DNA of 41,549 nucleotides from Candidatus Woesebacteria bacterium GW2011_GWA1_38_8 (GTDB lineage Bacteria; Patescibacteriota; Microgenomatia; UBA8517): NCBI GenBank assembly GCA_000993025.1, contig LBVJ01000011.1, positions 26,039 to 67,587 of the forward strand, read 5' to 3'. Shown piece by piece: positions 35,028 to 41,549 of this stretch (position 1 is its first letter; each line of letters starts with the position of its first letter). The notes under the pieces were generated by a model. It saw only the letters and a program-made list of their open reading frames with translations, ran no database searches and was not told where the DNA came from. The position numbers and the translations under genes were made by a program.

Positions 35028-35678
35028 CTAATCAACAATCGCCGCCTTTACCACCAGCCTTCTGGGTTTAAGGGGGTGTCCGGGAGGGACACATGTCACC
35101 AAACTCAAATATGAATCGTTTGACCTCTGATCCAAAATGTTAAGATTGTCCGGTTCCACTTCGAACATCTCAACAACTTTGTATTTATACTCTATATTCC
35201 CAACATTTACAAAGATCTCATCACCCAGCTCCAATTTTGGAATGGTTGAAAATATCGAAATATAATTCTTCGGATTATAAAACACAGGTAGGATCGAATG
35301 CCCAAAAATAACCGTGTTGCCAACTTGTCCCGGCCGTGCGGTACCCGGATATTGTATCAAGCTCCGGCTTAGATCTTCGCCCCCTTCATAAACTTCAGCA
35401 TCCTTTATTTTCAGTCCGGGAATGCTTAATAAATACACGTTTTCAGCATCTTTCTCTTTCTGATCAATATCATATTCCGAAGACCAGTTCCTTAAGCTTT
35501 TATAGTCTTTTAAGGAGGCGGTTAATATATTCTGTTTGACCTCGGCAGGGATAGGACTAACCAGCTTCGGAAAACGTCTCCGCGATGTATATTCGTACTC
35601 AACTATCGGATAGAGCGACAAAAAAATAAATAGAACGCCAAGCACTCCCAGAACCGGGGAAAATATTTTTGTATTCAT
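35028..35678 (-). CDS. Sortase family protein
   Basis: N-terminal anchor, GNTVIFGHS (His), LSLVTC (Cys), RRLVV (Arg). Confidence 0.92.
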   Translation of the reverse strand: MNTKIFSPVLGVLGVLFIFLSLYPIVEYEYTSRRRFPKLVSPIPAEVKQNILTASLKDYKSLRNWSSEYDIDQKEKDAENVYLLSIPGLKIKDAEVYEGGEDLSRSLIQYPGTARPGQVGNTVIFGHSILPVFYNPKNYISIFSTIPKLELGDEIFVNVGNIEYKYKVVEMFEVEPDNLNILDQRSNDSYLSLVTCVPPGHPLKPRRLVVKAAIVD

Positions 35679-37945
35679 TTTTCGGAACCTACCGATATCT
35701 CAATATTTGAAGAAATTCTGGGAAGCGTTCCAAGCTTGCCGGGAAACCTGAAGCCCTTAAAGACTATAACAACTCTGCTAAAACCTGGAACATTATTGTC
35801 CAAATATTCCTCAGCTACATCGGGAAATTTCCCCGTTATATTCTTCTTTACTTCGTCAATATCTATCTTCGGAAGGAGATCTGCTCCAATAAATAGATCC
35901 AAAACATACAAATTATCATCTTCGCTCTTATATGTAAAATCAGCTTGTATCTGATCATTTTTAAGAGTATATCCTTCAGGCACCCTTTGACTTAAATACT
36001 TCAGACCAATATCTTCAATTGTCTCCCTTTCAACAACAATGCCACTCGCCTCTATCTCAAGATCTAATTTTAACGACGACGCCTCATCTCCAACCTTCTT
36101 ATCGTACTCTTTATCTATAACCGTAAAATTAATAGAATCATCGATCACAAAAAGGTCGGATGAAGCCTTTCCTAATATAGATTCTTTTAATTTTTCTTCT
36201 AATTCATTTTGAAGCTCCTTAAGTAAATTCTTCTGGTCATTATCGGATACGGCGCTGACTTCACGGCTGCTTCCCCCCGAAAATGCCGACTCATTTGTGC
36301 CTTCCATATCCGCACTGGAATAATTTGAGATCGTAAAAGTTGTCCCTGAAGCCAAGTTATACTGTGCACCAATTTCAGAAGCTGTAACCCTAGCTTTCGT
36401 GATCCCGCGCGTAAGAACACTACCGCTTGCGATCGTAATATCCTCATCGAGAGTAAAATTAAGCCCTTGCGGACCTTTTACTAATGCGCCTTTGTCCAAT
36501 GATATTTCGCTTCCTGACCTGTAAACAGTGATCTCGCCCGTGGCTTTATCGCCAATGACCTTGGTACCTGTTGAAGGGATTGATTTCTCCCCCGATACTC
36601 TATCTTCGATAGTCTGACCGGAAATTCTCATATTTTCCAGATCTGAATCTTCAGAAAGTGTATCTACTGTTAATTCTGTCTTGTCATCGATACGCTGGGG
36701 AGAAACATATATCGTAACCTCCGCGCTGGGAACAAACCACCAAAAAGCGAAAAATCCTATTACCAAGATCAAAAAAAACACTATTCCGAAAATCGTAGGT
36801 TTAATAGAACCAATCCTAAATTTAACCGGCATGTTGGGCGTTTTCGCTTGTGAAGATCTTACTTTTTTAAATTTTCCAAATATGGAAAACAGGTTCTTTT
36901 TTTCGTGCCGTACATTATTATTCAAACTATCCCCTTCCATATCAGCGGTCTTTTCAGCGATTGGTTCCACAGCTTCCACATTTGGCAAATTTGACACAGG
37001 GGGGGCATTGTCGGACACAGCATCTGTGTCAACCGTAAAACCAAAATCCTCCGGCGCAATTTCCTCAACAGGCTCTTGCAGGTTTGGTTCATCGGGTAAA
37101 ACAGTCTCTTCGCTGAAAGGAAGACCTCCGGCAAGATCCTCCTTTACATCCAGTATTTTCTCAGAGGACGGTGTTTCCAAAGCGAGTATGCCATCTACTT
37201 CTCCAAGTTCAGAACCGCCCGCAAGAGAAACCGCAAAAATTTTGTTGTCGGGTTGAACGATCTCGATCTTTGGGGTATGCAAAAACTTGACCTTTTCAGA
37301 ACTTTCCCAATCCGCTTTTACAAGCTCTTGTCTGACATCTTCAAGTTCTCCTTCTTTGGAATTGTAAAGAATGATCCTTGATGGATACGCTTCGCCTGTA
37401 TAAAAGCGCGAAAGTCCTTCCGTTACATCATCAACGATCGAAACACTTCTTCCAACTTGAGAAACTCCGGCTAATTTACCAAGCTTAAATATTGAAATCT
37501 CCAAACTATCTTTTGATACTCCTAAAAAGACTGCGTTTACGTTTCCTCCTTCCTCAAGTTTATAATAATTCGATAAGGCCTCAGATATAACAACGAATCC
37601 TACGGGAGACAATGACAGCTCGGTACAAACCTTTTTAATTTTAGAAAGGTATTCCGCTTTGATCTCACCTCCGTCGACCCAAGACGACATAACTCCGAAA
37701 ACCGTTTTAGCGGGTGGGTCAATTTCCTCGGAAATGCTCGTTACAACCGCGGAACACGAAGTGTCACAAGCTGTAACCAACTCTTCATCGGAACTCCAGT
37801 GCGAGGGCGGACTAACAGACACTATCTGAACTTTTTTATTCGTAAATTTCCAGATTCCCGCAGAAACCCACTCGGGTTCGATCACAAGCGACCAGAGATG
37901 CTCTTCTTCCTCATTTTTCTTGGGCAAAATACTTTTCAAATCCAT
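35675..37945 (-). CDS. Membrane protein: N-terminal cytoplasmic domain (possibly degenerate FtsA/PilM-like), acidic linker, one TM, baseplate-J-like extracellular domain
   Basis: TM IFGIVFFLILVIGFFAFWWF; C-terminal pattern KATGEITVY...VTASEIGAQYNL...FSGG recognised from CPR baseplate-J-like proteins. Confidence 0.7.
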   Translation of the reverse strand: MDLKSILPKKNEEEEHLWSLVIEPEWVSAGIWKFTNKKVQIVSVSPPSHWSSDEELVTACDTSCSAVVTSISEEIDPPAKTVFGVMSSWVDGGEIKAEYLSKIKKVCTELSLSPVGFVVISEALSNYYKLEEGGNVNAVFLGVSKDSLEISIFKLGKLAGVSQVGRSVSIVDDVTEGLSRFYTGEAYPSRIILYNSKEGELEDVRQELVKADWESSEKVKFLHTPKIEIVQPDNKIFAVSLAGGSELGEVDGILALETPSSEKILDVKEDLAGGLPFSEETVLPDEPNLQEPVEEIAPEDFGFTVDTDAVSDNAPPVSNLPNVEAVEPIAEKTADMEGDSLNNNVRHEKKNLFSIFGKFKKVRSSQAKTPNMPVKFRIGSIKPTIFGIVFFLILVIGFFAFWWFVPSAEVTIYVSPQRIDDKTELTVDTLSEDSDLENMRISGQTIEDRVSGEKSIPSTGTKVIGDKATGEITVYRSGSEISLDKGALVKGPQGLNFTLDEDITIASGSVLTRGITKARVTASEIGAQYNLASGTTFTISNYSSADMEGTNESAFSGGSSREVSAVSDNDQKNLLKELQNELEEKLKESILGKASSDLFVIDDSINFTVIDKEYDKKVGDEASSLKLDLEIEASGIVVERETIEDIGLKYLSQRVPEGYTLKNDQIQADFTYKSEDDNLYVLDLFIGADLLPKIDIDEVKKNITGKFPDVAEEYLDNNVPGFSRVVIVFKGFRFPGKLGTLPRISSNIEISVGSEK

Positions 37946-37952
37946 ATAAATG

Positions 37953-38062
37953 ATTCGAATAATACGAATAATACTAATGACACGAATATATCCAAATACT
38001 TCAGTTTAAGAATACAGCATTTGCATTTATTTGTAGATTCGCATTATTGGTAATATCCGCAT
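37953..38062. repeat. Palindromic element of inverted 9-nt arrays (same core as 18838-18960)
   Basis: ATTCGAATA ATACGAATA ATACTAATG ACACGAATA ... CATTTGCAT TTATTTGTA GATTCGCAT TATTGGTAA. Confidence 0.75.
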
Positions 38063-39888
38063 CATTTTTCCAAAGTCATATACACCCTCACTAATCCGCT
38101 GCCGATCTTTTCCTGTTTATTAATCTTAACACGACCGATCTCACCAGTACTACCAACATGCGGTCCGCCGCAAAATTCACGGCTTATCGCGTCGTCTAAA
38201 TTTTCACCCACATAATAAACTTTTACAGTATCGGCATATTTTTCGTTAAAGCCGTGTATCGCACCCGTTTTTAAAGCTTCATCTTTTGGCAGAACCTCGA
38301 ACTTAACGGGTACATTTTCGGCGATAACTTTGTTGACCGTTTCTTCAACCTCCTTTACCTGTTCATCTGTCAATTTTTCATTGTTCGGAAAATCAAAACG
38401 CGACCTTTCTTTGGTAATATTTTGTCCCTTTTGGATCACATGATCTCCCAACACCTTCCGGAGCGATGCCAATAAAAGATGTGTGGCCGTGTGAAATTTT
38501 ATAACTTCCGGACTATCGTCCGCCAGACCTCCCTTAAAAACTCCGGCGGAAGTTGTCCTTGACAAATTTTTATGTTTTTCAAATTCTTCCTGAAATTGTT
38601 TTTTATCTTCTAAAGAAAATTTCACACCTTTTCTTTCAGCGGCTTCCAGTGTCAATTCCAGCGGAAAACCTTCTGTTTGATACAGATCAAAAGCAATATT
38701 TCCCGTCAGAACCGTTCCTTTATCAATGATCGTTTCAAGTTTTTTCATCCCGCGATCAATCGCCTTAGCAAATTTCCCCGATTCTTCATTTATAACATTT
38801 TCGATTTCGGAAACAGATTTCACCGGAACCGGAATTTTATTTTCGGAAAGGTCCGGTATTGGCAACCCTAAATATTCTCCTTTGGGAGAAAGTATCTTAG
38901 CGTGCAGAACCGCTCTTCGTATCAGTCTTCTTAATATATAGCCATGTGCCTTGTTTCCGGGATAAACACCTCCCGAAATTAATGCCGACGAAGCACGCAG
39001 ATGGTCAGCAACAATCCGAAAACTACGATCGAACATCTCTGAATCCCCGTACTTTCTGCCATATTTTTCTTCAAGTATTTTGATATTATGGGAAAAAAGA
39101 TCGGTTCTGAACATATCGGGGTCACCGTTTAAAACTGCCGTAATTCTCTCTAAACCGCCTCCAAAGTCAACATTTTTCTGAGGAAGTTCTTCAAGTTTTC
39201 CCTCACCAACCTTTTTGTACTGGATAAAAACAGAGTTACCAATTTCCAAAAATCTCCCGCAATCACAGTTCGGGTGGCACATTTCGTTTTTATATAGAGA
39301 GTTTTCGTGAAGGTGAAGTTCTTCTCCAAAATCGTAAAACATTTCCGAATCGGGTCCGCCAATATGTCCCACGTTCATCTCTTCAGGGGTTCCAGTCATC
39401 GACCACCAATTTTTTTTAGCTCCATAAAATATAATTTTGTCATCCGGAAGTCCAAGATTTTTCCATATACCGTATGATTCTTCATCTTTTGGAACATCCT
39501 TTGTTCCTTCAAAGACCGATACCCAAAGACGGCCCTTCTCTATTCCCAACTCATTGGTTATAAACTCATAAATCCACGGCAATTGTTCATCTTTAAAATA
39601 ATCCCCCAAACTCCAATTACCAAGCATTTCAAAAAAAGTGATATGGCGATTGTCCCCAACTTCTTCAATATCTCCCAGCCGAATGGATGGCTGTGAGTTA
39701 ACCAGTTTTTTTCCCTTGGGGTGTACCTCACCCAATAAGTAAGGCACGAGCGGCTGCATTCCTGCAGATGTAAAAAGAGTTGAGGGATCATTTTCTAAAA
39801 CTAAAGGGGCAGGATCGATCTCTTTATGATTCCTGGGAGAATCCGTAAAATATTTTATAAATTTGTCTCTTATTTCCTTTGAATCCAT
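38062..39888 (-). CDS. alaS: Alanine--tRNA ligase, short form without C-Ala domain
   Basis: LFTSAGMQP, FFEMLGNWSLGDYFK, DFGGGLER, editing HTATH and EFCGGPHV. Confidence 0.98.
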   Translation of the reverse strand: MDSKEIRDKFIKYFTDSPRNHKEIDPAPLVLENDPSTLFTSAGMQPLVPYLLGEVHPKGKKLVNSQPSIRLGDIEEVGDNRHITFFEMLGNWSLGDYFKDEQLPWIYEFITNELGIEKGRLWVSVFEGTKDVPKDEESYGIWKNLGLPDDKIIFYGAKKNWWSMTGTPEEMNVGHIGGPDSEMFYDFGEELHLHENSLYKNEMCHPNCDCGRFLEIGNSVFIQYKKVGEGKLEELPQKNVDFGGGLERITAVLNGDPDMFRTDLFSHNIKILEEKYGRKYGDSEMFDRSFRIVADHLRASSALISGGVYPGNKAHGYILRRLIRRAVLHAKILSPKGEYLGLPIPDLSENKIPVPVKSVSEIENVINEESGKFAKAIDRGMKKLETIIDKGTVLTGNIAFDLYQTEGFPLELTLEAAERKGVKFSLEDKKQFQEEFEKHKNLSRTTSAGVFKGGLADDSPEVIKFHTATHLLLASLRKVLGDHVIQKGQNITKERSRFDFPNNEKLTDEQVKEVEETVNKVIAENVPVKFEVLPKDEALKTGAIHGFNEKYADTVKVYYVGENLDDAISREFCGGPHVGSTGEIGRVKINKQEKIGSGLVRVYMTLEK

Positions 39889-39954
39889 GAATCCTAATTA
39901 TATACTGCAATTACCATCCTTTGAAGGTGAAACGAAGCATAAATCTCCGGTTTT

Positions 39955-40167
39955 CTACTTCTTTTTCTTAAACAGCTCTAAAATACCTGAAAGTTTTTCT
40001 GTCCTTATCAACCCTCCGCCTAAAAGAGAATCGTCCAATATTGTATTAAGTTTTTTTATACCTTTTCGCAGGTCAAACAAGATCAGAAAGACCTGTATTC
40101 CCACAACTGCGAGAAGTAATGTCAGTATTACTACAACCACAACCAACAAAGTGTGAATTCCATCCAT
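39955..40167 (-). CDS. Small single-TM protein with coiled-coil tail
   Basis: Hydrophobic N-terminus, operon-like position between rodZ-like gene and alaS. Confidence 0.75.
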   Translation of the reverse strand: MDGIHTLLVVVVVILTLLLAVVGIQVFLILFDLRKGIKKLNTILDDSLLGGGLIRTEKLSGILELFKKKK

Positions 40168-40204
40168 AAGGCTTAATTAAAATATAAACTTCAGTGTTTT
40201 TATA

Positions 40205-40837
40205 TTACTCCTTCTTTGGAATAATATTCCTAACCACGACCGTCTCTTTTCCATATCTTGATCTCGCAATAAATACTATCTCTTTTGTATCTTCGTTGAC
40301 TCCGAGTTTTCCAAAAAATTCACCATTTTCATTAATAAGAAACCTTTGTTCGTTTATAGAAAGTGTAACGTCCGGATCGGTTTTTCCGGAAATCTCAGTT
40401 TCACCCACAAGAATTTCCTGACTTTCCGCCGGAACATGAACCAACAATTTTGGTGGTGAAACATAAAGAATATATTGATATCCAAGATATGCTATAAGAA
40501 GAAGGATCAACATGGTAGAAAAAAATATCGCCGCAAGCTTCGGGCTGAACGACACCTTCAACTTGACGTCAGGTTTAGGATAAAGCAAGTTTTTACTATC
40601 TTCTATCGGGTAATCTCTTCTCAGTAGTGCAACAGTATTTTCTTCCGGTAAATTCAAACTTTTTGCAATAGTTTTTACAAAACCGAGGGTTGTATGATAC
40701 TCGGGCAATTCATCCCAAACACCCTTTTCGATCAAACTTAAAAATGTTTTTTTAATCTTTGTTTCACTTTCCAGATCTTTCAACGTAAGTTTTTTTTTAA
40801 CTCTGGCTTCTTTCAGATAACTACCTAATTTCTTCAT
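40205..40837 (-). CDS. RodZ-like protein (XRE HTH, TM, Ig-like C-terminus)
   Basis: LGSYLKEAR...ETKIK..FL..IEKG.WDELP; TM; directly downstream of ftsK. Confidence 0.85.
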   Translation of the reverse strand: MKKLGSYLKEARVKKKLTLKDLESETKIKKTFLSLIEKGVWDELPEYHTTLGFVKTIAKSLNLPEENTVALLRRDYPIEDSKNLLYPKPDVKLKVSFSPKLAAIFFSTMLILLLIAYLGYQYILYVSPPKLLVHVPAESQEILVGETEISGKTDPDVTLSINEQRFLINENGEFFGKLGVNEDTKEIVFIARSRYGKETVVVRNIIPKKE

Positions 40838-40869
40838 ATGGATTTATGTATTAGATGTGAAGATCAACT

Positions 40870-41549
40870 TCAAACTCCGCTTTCGGACGTTTCGTTGCCT
40901 AGAATTTCTTCCGGACTTCGTACCAAAACCTCCCGTCCTTTTGACGAGTTATCAATTTGGGGTCCGATCACACCCGCGGCTTCCAGTTGATCAATTATTC
41001 TCGCTGCGCGGGCATATCCGATAGACAATCTTCTCTGCAAAAGTGAGGCAGATGCCTTGTCAAATTGACACACAAGTTCAATCGATTTTCTAAAAAGCTC
41101 ATCAACATCCCCTTCGATCCCCGGCACTGTTTGATTTTTAGCCGAAGCTGTAACCTCTTCAGTATATTGAGGCTGAATATCCTGATTTTTCATAAACGAT
41201 ACCAAAGAATTTATATCTTTGTCGGACACGTTTGCCCCTTGGATCCGGATTGGTTTAGCTTGGTCAGGAGGAAGATACAACATATCACCTTTACCTAAAA
41301 GCTTTTCGGCACCTTGAGCATCAAGTATAACTCTCGAATCGACCTGAGAAGACACTGCAAAAGCAATTCTGCAAGGAATATTTGCTTTTATAAGTCCGGT
41401 GATAATATTAACCGATGGCCTTTGTGTTGCCAAAACCATATGTATCCCCGTTGCACGACTCATCTGTGCTATCCTCGTGATCGTGTCTTCGACCTCAACC
41501 GGAGAGACAAGCATAATATCGGCTAACTCATCAACAAATAGAACAATAT
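40870..41549 (-). CDS. ftsK: DNA translocase FtsK/SpoIIIE, 5' partial
   Basis: Frame open to the window end (IVLFVDELADIM Walker B), LATQRPS, GAEKLLGKGDML, gamma domain SASLLQRRLSIGYARAARIIDQLE. Confidence 0.97.
   Translation of the reverse strand, partial: IVLFVDELADIMLVSPVEVEDTITRIAQMSRATGIHMVLATQRPSVNIITGLIKANIPCRIAFAVSSQVDSRVILDAQGAEKLLGKGDMLYLPPDQAKPIRIQGANVSDKDINSLVSFMKNQDIQPQYTEEVTASAKNQTVPGIEGDVDELFRKSIELVCQFDKASASLLQRRLSIGYARAARIIDQLEAAGVIGPQIDNSSKGREVLVRSPEEILGNETSESGV

Noticed and set aside
38062-39888. AlaRS lacking the C-Ala domain
   Set aside because: Short AlaRS forms are known in reduced genomes; catalytic and editing motifs are intact.

Overview
Core-genome window of a Patescibacteria (CPR) bacterium, most likely Microgenomates. 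The assignment is inferred from the missing rpmD/L30, short AlaRS, CPR-type T4SS-like pilin and baseplate-J-like membrane protein. TGA is used as a stop, so genetic code 11. Almost everything is on the minus strand: ftsK (partial)-rodZ-like-small membrane protein-alaS-baseplate-J-like protein-sortase-ruvX, a small Zn-ribbon gene, mltG, rpoBC, the str operon (rpsL-rpsG-fusA-tuf), rpsJ, a three-gene interruption (four-helix-bundle protein, S4-less TlyA, orphan), the S10-spc-alpha ribosomal cluster, rplM-rpsI, an extended uppS, tRNA-Pro(GGG) on the plus strand, and a partial pilin gene missed by the ORF track. Main oddities: (1) a VirB2/TrbC-like pilin fused to three knottin/conotoxin-framework (C-C-CC-C-C) repeats; (2) an EF-G whose guanine-specificity motifs are changed (NKxD to NKLN, GSA to GGDNR); (3) degenerate 7-9-nt tandem arrays, often as inverted pairs, that flank the four-helix-bundle gene, occur as empty palindromic elements, and lie inside coding sequences (L22, MltG, RuvX); (4) an in-frame S13-S11 fusion, a 5'-deleted L15 and a short RpoB gap, which together may be assembly errors; (5) a split duplicate of the tRNA-Pro 5' half. 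All calls were made by eye, without database searches.
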